DNA of 64,000 nucleotides from a virus (taxonomy: Duplodnaviria > Heunggongvirae > Uroviricota > Caudoviricetes). The DNA lies in IMG/VR virus record IMGVR_UViG_2721755711_000002; one strand, given 5' to 3'. This document shows positions 27,166 to 36,337 of the stretch, one piece after another; position 1 is the first letter of the stretch, and every line of letters begins with the position of its first letter. The notes below the pieces were generated by a model. It did no database searches. It was not told the DNA's origin and saw only the letters and a program-made list of their open reading frames with translations. A program made the position numbers and the translations under genes.

Positions 27166-27348
27166 ATGAAGCGAAAACACTGGACACACAGAATGCCGCG
27201 AACGGCGGCGAAATGGGTACTGGTAGCGATACTGGTGCCTTTTTTCCTGGTGGGATGCGTCAGCCTGGATAAGGCGCGCCAGCTTTTCGATACGGCTTCT
27301 CAGGTCTGCGAAATTGTCGACGGTGTTCGACAGTGTCTGCAGAGCTGA
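27166..27348 (+). CDS. small lipoprotein, paralog of 14162..14344
   Basis: 60 aa; HWTHR motif, lipobox LVGC, conserved QLFD...VC.I.DG.RQC core shared with the Mu-like copy. Confidence 0.5.
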   Translation: MKRKHWTHRMPRTAAKWVLVAILVPFFLVGCVSLDKARQLFDTASQVCEIVDGVRQCLQS

Positions 27349-27510
27349 TCGCCCGTAAGAGCAGAATATTTTGCTGAAAAATGAAGGATGTGTCAGCGTC
27401 CGGAAAGCATGAAATTCTGCTGCGTGTACCAATTTTATCTTATTCATTCTAAATCTTGCCGAATCAAGCAACTGCCCGGGCGGCAAGGGGTATTTTTATC
27501 CGGAGGGGAT

Positions 27511-27735
27511 ATGAAGAGATTACTGGTAACCGTAAAGCCCTTTAACGGAACGATTCCATTCAGGGTTTTGCAGCGTGGACGTGTTCTGGTTAAGGATATC
27601 TTCAGTGGTAAATGCACGGAATGTTATTCCCGGACATATGAAGTGGATGCCACGGATGAAGAAATTTCTGTTGAATGTGATCTGAACGCGAATATGGCGG
27701 GGATTGTAACAGCCACGTTGTTGCCGGTTTCATGA
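27511..27735 (+). CDS. hypothetical small protein
   Basis: 74 aa from ATG 27511 with SD GGAGGGG. Confidence 0.35.
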   Translation: MKRLLVTVKPFNGTIPFRVLQRGRVLVKDIFSGKCTECYSRTYEVDATDEEISVECDLNANMAGIVTATLLPVS

Positions 27736-27777
27736 ATGACATAGAATGTCTCCGGGTACCCAAAAGGAGAACACTAT

Positions 27778-27991
27778 GTTTGTAGAAAATAACCTGAAGG
27801 CTGATCCTGATAATCAGGGATGGGTTCTGGGTTGGGCTGTAGTACGTGACAAACCGTGGCATCTGGTCGGTATTTATGCGACGGAGGATGGCGCAAAGTC
27901 TAAACGCTCTGAATTGAATGGGGAGTATGAAGTTCGTTATGGTTCCCATCGTTTAGGTAGTGATGATTTTATGTCTGTCGGACTTAGCTAA
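27778..27991 (+). CDS. hypothetical small protein
   Basis: 71 aa from ATG 27778 with SD AAGGAGA. Confidence 0.35.
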
Positions 27992-28052
27992 CTGGCTGTG
28001 ATGCCTGTTTGTAGCCCCGCAAATGCGGGGCTTTTTATATTTGGAGACGATA

Positions 28053-28445
28053 ATGAAAAAAACAGAAAATAAACCGGTTGCAATTGGTGCCGCTGTTGTT
28101 CCGTTTAAGTTTGAGTTGTCTCAACTGGTGGAGATGCGCATCAGTGATGAATGGGGTGAGGTTAAAGCCCGCGCGCAGTATGCGGATGGCGAAAACCAGT
28201 ACTTGATCCACTACAAGGCTGCTGATGGTCGCGCCACAACGGCGTGGTTTGGTGAGTCAATGCTGGAAGCAACAGAAGATGATCGCCATCCGGGCTGTCC
28301 GGTATTTGCCGGTATGAAATTACCGGAAGGCGCAGTTGAACTGCAGCCGGGTGAGGTGTTCGTAATGTCAGAAGTCATTGATGGCAAACCGCAGTATTCA
28401 CGTATTGAAACTAACGGCAAGGACGTTTGTCTGGTTCGCAAGTAA
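28053..28445 (+). CDS. hypothetical protein
   Basis: 130 aa from ATG 28053 with SD GGAGA; followed by a hairpin. Confidence 0.4.
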   Translation: MKKTENKPVAIGAAVVPFKFELSQLVEMRISDEWGEVKARAQYADGENQYLIHYKAADGRATTAWFGESMLEATEDDRHPGCPVFAGMKLPEGAVELQPGEVFVMSEVIDGKPQYSRIETNGKDVCLVRK

Positions 28446-28456
28446 CTTGCATTACA

Positions 28457-28479
28457 GCAGCCCTTCAGTGAAGGGCTGC
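28457..28479 (+). terminator. stem-loop without U-tract (weak terminator or RNA stability element)
   Basis: GCAGCCCTT CAGTG AAGGGCTGC, 9 bp stem. Confidence 0.3.
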
Positions 28480-28841
28480 GATAATGTGAGAAATAAAAAA
28501 CCGGTCACAGGGAGCAGCTACACAGAACCGGCCGGCGAAGACCGCCAATACCACCCATGCTTCAGTAAAACATGCATATGACATTAGCTGGTATTGATGT
28601 AAATGCAATGTTACGCATCGACAAAAATAAAAAACCGGCAGGGGAAATCCATGGAAGATTTGCCGGTGGCAAAAGTTGCCAATGCTTTTATAACCGTAGT
28701 CGCAGAGTTGCGGAGTGCAACTACGAATGCTGCAGGTATATGGCTGAATGGCGTTTCAATGATGTACGTCATCTTATCTGTAAATGTTAATGATAAACGC
28801 TCCCATTTGTGCGGGTCCTTTCCGGGAGTTGAAACACCGGG

Positions 28842-28882
28842 GGTCATGGGACGCGCAAAAACGCGCTATTTATGAAAATTTT
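28842..28882 (+). other. cos site (cosN-like cohesive-end region) of the lambda-like packaging module
   Basis: CTATTTATGAAAATTTT (28866..28882) is identical to the segment immediately right of cosN at the phage lambda left end as I recall it; lies about 185 bp upstream of the Nu1-like start as in lambda. Nick positions not determined. Confidence 0.5.
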
Positions 28883-29027
28883 TCGAGTTCCACTTCCGGT
28901 TTTTTAATTATCTAACCAATTGATTAGATTGTTTTTAGTTATCAAGAAAACCGGAAGTCCGACCAGTTTGTGGGAAAATAGCGGCAAAAACGGAGTTGAG
29001 TGTAAAGTGAACAGCTAAAGAGGGTGT

Positions 29028-29537
29028 ATGGCAACGCAGGCGGAGGTAGCCGAGCATCTTGGTATAACTGAACGCTGGTTGCGGGATCTTCAGAAGCACC
29101 CGGGAGCGCCAAAAAATCGAAAGCGTGGTGAATACGATATTGATGCCTGGCGATATTTTTATATTTCATACCTTAAACGCAAAGGAAGAAGCGATACTGA
29201 TGACGATGGAAATAGCGATTACGAAGAAAAATTACTTATCGCCAGATGGAAATTGACTGAAGAACAGGCAATAGCACAGCAATTAAAAAATCAGGTAACC
29301 GAAGGCAAGCTCATTGATTCTGGGTTCTGCGTTTTCGCTCTCAGCAAACTGGCGATGGCATTGTCCAGTACGCTTGATTCCATTCCTTTATCCATGCAGC
29401 GACAGTTCCCGGATTTAACCCCGCGTCATATCGATTATCTGAAAACCCTTATCGCAAAAGGCGCGAATCAGTGTGCGCGGACAGGGGATAAATTGCCGGA
29501 GTTACTCGATGAATATATCCGAACTACAGCTGAATAA
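29028..29537 (+). CDS. nu1: terminase small subunit (lambda Nu1-like)
   Basis: 169 aa; ...FCVFALSKLAMALSSTLDSIPLSMQRQFPDLTPRHIDYLK... parallels remembered lambda Nu1 (...FCTFVLSRIAGEIASILDGLPLSVQRRFPELENRHVDFLK...). Confidence 0.8.
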   Translation: MATQAEVAEHLGITERWLRDLQKHPGAPKNRKRGEYDIDAWRYFYISYLKRKGRSDTDDDGNSDYEEKLLIARWKLTEEQAIAQQLKNQVTEGKLIDSGFCVFALSKLAMALSSTLDSIPLSMQRQFPDLTPRHIDYLKTLIAKGANQCARTGDKLPELLDEYIRTTAE

Positions 29538-31425
29538 TATGATGGCTGCTGTTTCAGTTGCGCTGCAGCCTCTGGTCAGGGTTGTACCGATGACGGCAGT
29601 TGAATGGGCTGATCAAAATTATTATCTGCCTAAAGAATCGTCATACGGTGATGGGGAATGGAAAACACTGCCGTTCCAGGTCGCCATTATGAACAGCATG
29701 GGGCACGACAGGATCCGCACTGTTAATCTGATTAAATCGGCGCGTGTGGGTTACACCAAAATGCTGCTGGGCGTGGTCGGGTATTTTATTGAGCATAAAT
29801 CCCGTAACAGCCTGCTCTTCCAGCCGACAGATTCCGCAGCTGAAGATTTTATGAAAGCGCATGTGGAAGCAACGCTCCGGGATGTCCCCAGCCTTAAAGC
29901 GTTATCGCCATGGCTGGGCAGAAAACATCGTGACAACACACTCACTCTGAAGCGTTTTTCCTCCGGCGTGGGGTTCTGGTGCCTGGGGGGTGCCGCTGCT
30001 AAAAACTACCGTGAAAAATCAGTGGATGTGGTCTGCTATGACGAACTCTCCTCGTTTGAACCGGATGTGGAAAAGGAAGGCTCGCCAACGCTGCTTGGCG
30101 ATAAACGTATCGAAGGTTCGGTATGGCCTAAATCCATACGCGGCTCAACGCCAAAAATTAAAGGTTCCTGTCAGATTGAAAAAGCCGCGAACGAATCTGC
30201 ACATTTTATGCGGTTTTATGTGCCATGCCCTCATTGTGGTGAAGCCCAGTATCTTAAGTTTGGCGATGATGCGACAACCTTTGGCCTGAAATGGGAGAAG
30301 GGTAAACCGGAAACGGTGTATTACCTGTGTGAACATAATGGCTGTGTGATCCGGCAGTCGGAGCTTGACCAGACCGACGGGCGCTGGATTTGTGACAATA
30401 CCGGGATGTGGACGCGTGACGGCCTGGCATTTTACAGCGCCGGTGATGAGGAGATGCCGCCACCGCGCTCAATCACGTACCACGTGTGGACAGCGTACAG
30501 TCCGTTCACCACCTGGGTACAGATTGTTTATGACTGGCTGGATGCGCTGAAGGATCCGAACGGTGTCAAGACGTTTATTAACACCACGCTCGGGGAGCCC
30601 TATGAAGAGGCCGTGGCAGAAAAACTGAGCTTTGAGTTGTTGCTGGAAAAAGTCTGCCACTATGATGCGCAGGTTCCCCTGCGGGTGGTTTACCTGACTG
30701 CCGGGATCGACTCCCAGAAAGATCGCTATGAAATTTATGTCTGGGGCTGGGCTCCCGGCGAAGAAGCCTTTCTGATTGACAAGCAAATTATCATGGGGCG
30801 ACCGGAGGACGAGGACACCCTTAAACGTGTTGATGCGGTGATCCGGAAAAAATACCGCCATGCTGACGGTACTGAAATTTCCATTTCCCGCGTCTGCTGG
30901 GATACCGGTGGTATCGACCAGGACATTGTGTATCAGCGTTCCAGGAAACACGGCACTTTTTTTGTGCTTCCCATAAAAGGGGCATCGGTGTATGGCAAGC
31001 CGGTGATCACCATGCCCAAAAAGCGCAACCAGCGTGGTGTGTTTTTGTGTGAGGTGGGCTCCGATACCGTCAAGGAAATGCTGTACGCCCGTTTTGCCCT
31101 GCCGGTGGTTTCTGCCAGTGAAGCAGCCCCGTATACCTTCCGTTTTCCGGATAACCCGGACATTTTTTCGGAAGAAGAGGCGCGTCAAATCGTAGCGGAA
31201 GAACTGGTGGAAAAGGTGGTTAACGGCAGGGTGAAACTGCTGTGGGATAAAAAAGGGCGACGCAACGAAGCCCTCGACTGCCTGGTATATGCTTATGCCG
31301 CCCTGCGCGTTTCGGTACAGCGGTGGCAACTGGACCTTGAAGCGCTGGCGAGGGCACGAAGAGATGAGCAGGATGAGGATGATATGAGCATGGAAGAGAT
31401 CGCGGCTGCACTGAGTGGAGGATAA
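29509..31425 (+). CDS. A: terminase large subunit (lambda gpA-like)
   Basis: Start MNISELQL...; ...TAVEWADQNYYLPKES..., ...WPKSIRGSTPKIKGSCQIEKAA..., ...CPHCGEAQYLKFGD... track remembered lambda gpA; overlaps Nu1 end as in lambda. Confidence 0.85.
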   Translation: MNISELQLNNMMAAVSVALQPLVRVVPMTAVEWADQNYYLPKESSYGDGEWKTLPFQVAIMNSMGHDRIRTVNLIKSARVGYTKMLLGVVGYFIEHKSRNSLLFQPTDSAAEDFMKAHVEATLRDVPSLKALSPWLGRKHRDNTLTLKRFSSGVGFWCLGGAAAKNYREKSVDVVCYDELSSFEPDVEKEGSPTLLGDKRIEGSVWPKSIRGSTPKIKGSCQIEKAANESAHFMRFYVPCPHCGEAQYLKFGDDATTFGLKWEKGKPETVYYLCEHNGCVIRQSELDQTDGRWICDNTGMWTRDGLAFYSAGDEEMPPPRSITYHVWTAYSPFTTWVQIVYDWLDALKDPNGVKTFINTTLGEPYEEAVAEKLSFELLLEKVCHYDAQVPLRVVYLTAGIDSQKDRYEIYVWGWAPGEEAFLIDKQIIMGRPEDEDTLKRVDAVIRKKYRHADGTEISISRVCWDTGGIDQDIVYQRSRKHGTFFVLPIKGASVYGKPVITMPKKRNQRGVFLCEVGSDTVKEMLYARFALPVVSASEAAPYTFRFPDNPDIFSEEEARQIVAEELVEKVVNGRVKLLWDKKGRRNEALDCLVYAYAALRVSVQRWQLDLEALARARRDEQDEDDMSMEEIAAALSGG

Positions 31426-31428
31426 AGG

Positions 31429-31638
31429 ATGGTTTATACGCATGAAATGCTTTGCGAGGCGCGTCGGGCATTACATGAACTGATGATCGGGCGTGCTGTG
31501 GTTTCTGTCGGCAGGAACGGACGGCAGGTTCAGTATTCGCGTGCGACGATTGGTGAACTGCGGCAATACATTGAAGAGCTGGAGAGTGCGCTGGGCGTGT
31601 CCGGACGGCGTCGCGGTCCGGTGGGAGTGAGACTGTGA
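31429..31638 (+). CDS. W: head-tail joining protein (lambda gpW-like)
   Basis: 69 aa; ...ARRALHELMIGRAVVSV...RRRGP... resembles lambda gpW. Confidence 0.7.
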   Translation: MVYTHEMLCEARRALHELMIGRAVVSVGRNGRQVQYSRATIGELRQYIEELESALGVSGRRRGPVGVRL

Positions 31639-33206
31639 ATGTGGAGTTGATAGATGTTCACGGACAGCCCCTGCGACAGAGTATGGGATATTCCGGTGGC
31701 GGCTCCGGATTTGGTGGGCAGCTTGCGGAATGGTTACCTGCACCAGAAAGTGCCGACGTGGCGCTCTTACCTTCCATTCATCTGGGTAACGCCCGCGCGG
31801 ATGATCTGGTCCGTAATAATGGCATTGCCGCGAATGCTGTGGAAATTCATAAAGACCATATCGTCGGGCATATGTTTCGTCTGAGTTATCGCCCCAACTG
31901 GCGCTGGCTGGGGATGTCGGAAGCAGATTCACATGCTTTTATTGAAGATGTTGAGGCGGCGTGGATGGAATACTGCGATCCGGTGTTTGGTACGATGGAT
32001 GTGGAAGGGCGTCGTTCGTTTACCGAATTCATTCGTGAAGGGGTGGGTGTCCATACTTTTAATGGAGAAATTTTTGTCCAGCCTGTATGGGATGCGGAAT
32101 CCACGTCATTATTCCGGACGAAATTCAAAACCATCAGCCCGAAGCGTGTCAGTACACCCGGTTATGGTACCGGCGATCGTTTTATGCGTGCCGGGGTGGA
32201 AATAAACCGACACGGAAAAGCGCTGGCCTACCATGTTCAGGATGATGACTGGCCCGGCTACGGTGTCAGTAAATGGACACGAATTACGGCAACACTGCCT
32301 TCCGGACGACCGGGAATGATCCATGTGTTTCAGCCACAGGAAGACGGGCAGACCCGCGGGGCCAACCAGTTTTATTCTGTAATGGAGCGTCTCAAGATGC
32401 TCGACACACTGCAGGCCACGCAACTGCAGTCGGCGGTGGTTCGCGCCATGTATGCCGCCACGATTGAATCCACACTGGATTCGGAAAAAGCGTTTGAATA
32501 TATCGCCGGGGTGGGAGATGGAGGTAAAAATCCCCTGAACACCATCATGAAAGGCTACGCGCGTTATTACGCCACCAATACGGTAAAACTGGGCGGGGTC
32601 CGTATTCCGCATCTTTACCCGGGAGATTCACTGAATCTGCAGACAGCCCAGAATGCGGATAATGGTTTTTCTGAACTGGAAAAGGCGCTGTTACGTTACA
32701 TTGCTGCCGGACTGGGTGTGTCGTATGAGCAGCTTTCCCGGGATTATTCACAGGTCAGTTATTCCAGTGCCAGGGCATCCGCCAATGAGTCGTGGCGGTA
32801 TTTTATGGGAAAACGAAAATTTGTGGCCAGTCGCCTGGCGTCACAGATGTTTGCCTGCTGGCTGGAGGAAGCCCTTATTCGTGGTGTGATCCGTCCGCCG
32901 AAATCCCGTTTCTCATTCTGGGAGGCTCGTTCCGGGTGGTGCCGTGCCGAGTGGATTGGTGCCGGTCGTATGGCGATTGATGGCCTTAAGGAAGTGCAGG
33001 AAGCGGTGATGCGCATTGAAGGCGGCCTGAGTACATACGAGAAAGAGCTGGCCCTGATGGGGGATGACTATCAGGAGATTTTCCGCCAGCAGCTACGGGA
33101 AACTCAGGAGCGACAGGCTGCCGGTCTTCCGCGTCCGGTCTGGATAAAGGACGCGTTTCAACAGCAGATCCGACAGACAACGGGAGAAAAAGGCGATGCG
33201 CTGTAA
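31635..33206 (+). CDS. B: portal protein (lambda gpB-like)
   Basis: 523 aa ORF following W-like gene, overlapping start/stop; lambda head gene order. Confidence 0.8.
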   Translation: MNVELIDVHGQPLRQSMGYSGGGSGFGGQLAEWLPAPESADVALLPSIHLGNARADDLVRNNGIAANAVEIHKDHIVGHMFRLSYRPNWRWLGMSEADSHAFIEDVEAAWMEYCDPVFGTMDVEGRRSFTEFIREGVGVHTFNGEIFVQPVWDAESTSLFRTKFKTISPKRVSTPGYGTGDRFMRAGVEINRHGKALAYHVQDDDWPGYGVSKWTRITATLPSGRPGMIHVFQPQEDGQTRGANQFYSVMERLKMLDTLQATQLQSAVVRAMYAATIESTLDSEKAFEYIAGVGDGGKNPLNTIMKGYARYYATNTVKLGGVRIPHLYPGDSLNLQTAQNADNGFSELEKALLRYIAAGLGVSYEQLSRDYSQVSYSSARASANESWRYFMGKRKFVASRLASQMFACWLEEALIRGVIRPPKSRFSFWEARSGWCRAEWIGAGRMAIDGLKEVQEAVMRIEGGLSTYEKELALMGDDYQEIFRQQLRETQERQAAGLPRPVWIKDAFQQQIRQTTGEKGDAL

Positions 33207-34812
33207 TTTATCACATATTGCCGCGATGGCATTTAATGAGCCGCTTTTACTGGAACCCGCCTATGCGCGGGTTTTCTTTTGCGCACTGGGTAAGGAAATT
33301 GGGGCGGGCAGCCTTGCCGTTCCGCAGCAGGCCGTTCAGCTTGATGCCGATGGTATGCAGCTGGCGGTTACCGATTATATGACTGGTGGTCCGCGTCCGG
33401 TAAAGAGTTACCAGGTGAAAAATGGTATTGCCATTCTGCCGGTGAGCGGCACGCTGGTACATAAAATGGGCACCCTGCGGCCATATTCCGGTATGACCGG
33501 TTATGACGGTCTGACTGCCCGTCTTAAGTCAGCGGTGAACGACCCGGATGTACGCGGCATTTTACTGGATATCGACAGTCCGGGCGGTCAGGCTGCCGGG
33601 GCGTTTGACTGTGCTGACATGATTTACCGTCTGCGGGAACAGAAGCCCGTGTGGGCGCTGTGTAATGACATGGCCTGTTCAGCCGCCATGTTGCTGGCGG
33701 CGGCCTGTACGCGTCGGCTGGTCACGCAGACGGCAAAAATTGGTTCGATTGGTGTGATGATGGCGCACACCAGTTACGAGAAACAACTGGCACAGGAAGG
33801 CGTGGATATCACGCTGATTTACTCCGGGCAGCACAAGGTTGACGGCAACAGTATTCAGGCGTTGCCGACAGGTGTGCGTGCGGATTTTCAGCGCCGTATT
33901 GATGAGGCCCGCCGGATGTTTGTCGACAAGGTGGCACTTTATACGGGGCTGAGTTCAGCGGTGGTGATGAATACCGAGGCTGCCGTTTATGACGGTCAGG
34001 CAGGCATTGATACAGGCCTGGCTGATCAACTGATTAATGCTGCAGATGCCGTTGATGTAATGGTTTCTGCTCTGAACGACTCTGTTACACAGGAGAATAC
34101 GATGACAACAAAAAATCTCACCGTTGCTGAAGCGGTGTCCCAGGAAAATCAGCGCGTGATGGGGATCCTGAATTGTCAGGAGGCGAAAGGACGCGAAAAA
34201 CTGGCGCAGATGCTGGCAGGTCAGCAGGGAATGTCAGTTGAGCAGGCAAAAACATTACTGGCGGCAGCACCGGTTGCCGGTACTGACAGCACAGGCGATC
34301 AGATTGTGGCACTTCCGGAAGCAAAAGGACGTGAACAACTGGCACGGACGCTGGCTGAACAGCCGGGAATGACGGTGGAGCAGGCGAAAACGTTACTGGC
34401 AGCGGCACCGATTGCCGGTGCGGCAAGTACCGGCGAGCAGATTATGGCACTTCCGGAAGCAAAAGGGCGTGAACAACTCGCACAGGCGCTGGCTGAACAG
34501 CCGGGAATGACTGTGGAACAGGCGAAAATGCTACTGGCAGCGGCACCGGCAACCGGTACGGCAAGTACCGGCGATCAAATTATTGCGTTGCCGGAAGCAA
34601 AAGGACGCGAAAAACTGGCACAGGCGCTGGCCGAACAGCCGGGAATGACAGTGGAGCAGGCGAAAACACTGCTGGCAGCTGCGCCATCAGTATCGCAACC
34701 GTCACAGGTAACACTTTTTGAGCGCTTCATGGCACAGCATGCCGCCAGTGCCGTTTCCGGTGGCGGAACTGCCGGGAACGGGGAAGAAGAACTGCTGATG
34801 AGTATGCCGTAA
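33196..34812 (+). CDS. C: prohead protease / scaffold (lambda gpC/Nu3-like, S49 family) with expanded C-terminal repeats
   Basis: 538 aa; N-terminal half in the ClpP/S49 position; C-terminal half has four tandem 46 aa repeats. Confidence 0.75.
   Translation: MRCNLSHIAAMAFNEPLLLEPAYARVFFCALGKEIGAGSLAVPQQAVQLDADGMQLAVTDYMTGGPRPVKSYQVKNGIAILPVSGTLVHKMGTLRPYSGMTGYDGLTARLKSAVNDPDVRGILLDIDSPGGQAAGAFDCADMIYRLREQKPVWALCNDMACSAAMLLAAACTRRLVTQTAKIGSIGVMMAHTSYEKQLAQEGVDITLIYSGQHKVDGNSIQALPTGVRADFQRRIDEARRMFVDKVALYTGLSSAVVMNTEAAVYDGQAGIDTGLADQLINAADAVDVMVSALNDSVTQENTMTTKNLTVAEAVSQENQRVMGILNCQEAKGREKLAQMLAGQQGMSVEQAKTLLAAAPVAGTDSTGDQIVALPEAKGREQLARTLAEQPGMTVEQAKTLLAAAPIAGAASTGEQIMALPEAKGREQLAQALAEQPGMTVEQAKMLLAAAPATGTASTGDQIIALPEAKGREKLAQALAEQPGMTVEQAKTLLAAAPSVSQPSQVTLFERFMAQHAASAVSGGGTAGNGEEELLMSMP
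34176..34727 (+). repeat. four tandem in-frame 138 bp repeats inside the protease/scaffold gene
   Basis: Repeat unit EAKGRE.LA..LA.Q.GM.VEQAK.LLAAAP.AG..STG.QI.ALP; anchors at about 34183, 34320, 34458, 34596. Confidence 0.75.
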
Positions 34813-34852
34813 GCGGGGATCCGTGATTCAGATAAATCAGGAGACTGAGAAA

Positions 34853-35188
34853 ATGATTAAAACCACCACAGAAAAGCGCGCGGACGGGCGCATTTTTGCC
34901 GGAAGCGATCCGGTGTATACCGCAACAGGTACCAGTGGTATCAGTGTTGCCACGCCTTCACTGACGCCACTGATGCTGGATGACGCCAGCGGAAAACTGG
35001 TGGCATGGGATGGTCAGAAAGCCGGAACGGCTGTGGGGGTGCTGGCACTGGCGCTGGCCGGGACCGAGCCCGTACTGACGTACTACAAAAGCGGTACGTT
35101 TGCCACCGAATCGCTGGTCTGGCCGGATTCGGTGGATGCGGTGAAAAAAGCCAACGCGTTTGTGGGAAGTGCCATCAGCCACGCCTGA
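34853..35188 (+). CDS. D: head decoration protein (lambda gpD-like)
   Basis: ...TPLMLDDASGKLVAWDG...YYKSGTFATESLVWPD...FVGSAIS resembles lambda gpD; SD AGGAGA. Confidence 0.75.
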   Translation: MIKTTTEKRADGRIFAGSDPVYTATGTSGISVATPSLTPLMLDDASGKLVAWDGQKAGTAVGVLALALAGTEPVLTYYKSGTFATESLVWPDSVDAVKKANAFVGSAISHA

Positions 35189-35258
35189 TGGTGAAGTGAT
35201 TAACTGAAAAAAACGGGTCGTGATGCGGCCCGTTTGTGTTTTTAAAGGAAAGTCAATT

Positions 35259-36287
35259 ATGGGGTTATTTACCACGCGTCAGTTGCTCGGCTACACCGAG
35301 CAGAAAGTGAAATTCCGTGCGCTGTTTCTGGAGCTGTTTTTTCGTCGTACGGTCACTTTCCATACTCAGGAAGTGATGCTGGATAAAATCACCGGAAAAA
35401 CACCGGTTGCGGCATATGTGTCTCCGGTTGTGTCAGGTAAGGTACTGCGCAGTCGTGGTGGTGAAACCCGCGTGTTACGCCCCGGCTATGTTAAACCAAA
35501 ACACCGGCTGGATTATCAGCAGGCGGTGGAGCGTCTTCCGGGGGAAGATCCGGCCCGTCTTAATGACCCGGCCTACCGTCGCCTGCGTATTCTGACTGAC
35601 AACCTGAAACAGGAAGAGCAGGCGATTGTGCAGGTGGAAGAAATGCAGGCGGTCAGCGCTGTTCTGCAGGGTAAGTACACCATGAGCGGTGAACAGTTTG
35701 AGACGGTGGAAGTGGATTTTGGACGTTCTGCCGCCAATAACATTACGCAGGCAGGGGGACGCGAATGGTCAAAACAGAATGCTGACACCTTTGATCCGAC
35801 GCATGATCTGGATGCGTACTGCGATTTTGCTTCCGGTACCATCAATATTGCGATTATGGACGGTACTGTCTGGCGTATGCTGAACGGTTTTAAGCTGTTT
35901 CGTGAAAAACTGGATACCCGCCGTGGCTCAAAATCTGAACTGGAAACCGCGCTGAAAGATCTGGGTTCCGTGGTTTCTTTTAAAGGTTATTACGGTGATC
36001 TGGCCATCATGGTGGCGAAAACAACGTATGTTGATGAAAACGGGGATGAGCAGCGTTATCTGCCGGAAGGCACACTGATTCTTGGAAACACTCAGGTGGA
36101 GGGTGTCCGTTGTTATGGCGCAATCCAGGATAACCAGGCGCTGAGTGAAGGGATCACCTCTGCAATTCGTTATCCGAAACACTGGTTAGAGGTGGGGGAC
36201 CCGGGGTGCGAATATACCATGACGCAGTCTGCGCCGTTGATGGTGTTGCCGGATCCGGACGCGTTTGTGGTGGTTCAGGTGAAATAA
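35259..36287 (+). CDS. E: major capsid protein (lambda gpE-like)
   Basis: Start MGLFTTRQLL; ...YVSPVVSGKVLRSRGG...PGYVKPKH..., ...VEEMQAVSAVLQGKYTMSGEQF..., ...TQSAPLMVLPDPDAFVVVQV match lambda gpE closely. Confidence 0.85.
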   Translation: MGLFTTRQLLGYTEQKVKFRALFLELFFRRTVTFHTQEVMLDKITGKTPVAAYVSPVVSGKVLRSRGGETRVLRPGYVKPKHRLDYQQAVERLPGEDPARLNDPAYRRLRILTDNLKQEEQAIVQVEEMQAVSAVLQGKYTMSGEQFETVEVDFGRSAANNITQAGGREWSKQNADTFDPTHDLDAYCDFASGTINIAIMDGTVWRMLNGFKLFREKLDTRRGSKSELETALKDLGSVVSFKGYYGDLAIMVAKTTYVDENGDEQRYLPEGTLILGNTQVEGVRCYGAIQDNQALSEGITSAIRYPKHWLEVGDPGCEYTMTQSAPLMVLPDPDAFVVVQVK

Positions 36288-36291
36288 GGTC

Positions 36292-36318
36292 AGGCGGGAT
36301 ATTCCCGCCTTTTTCTTT
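36292..36318 (+). terminator. rho-independent terminator-like hairpin after capsid gene
   Basis: AGGCGGGATATTCCCGCCT followed by TTTTCTTT. Confidence 0.5.
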
Positions 36319-36337
36319 ATCGCACAGGAGAGATGTG

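Noticed and set aside
28603-28875. 90 aa ORF overlapping the cos region
   Set aside because: Runs across the cosN-like motif and the hairpin upstream of Nu1; more likely non-coding packaging-site DNA.
30469-31443. 324 aa minus-strand ORF inside the terminase large subunit gene
   Set aside because: Lies fully antisense to the strongly supported gpA-like gene; composition-driven shadow ORF.
34176-34727. Possible CRISPR array suggested by regular tandem repeats
   Set aside because: Repeats are 138 bp, contiguous without spacers and in-frame inside a protease/scaffold gene; these are coding tandem repeats, not a CRISPR array.
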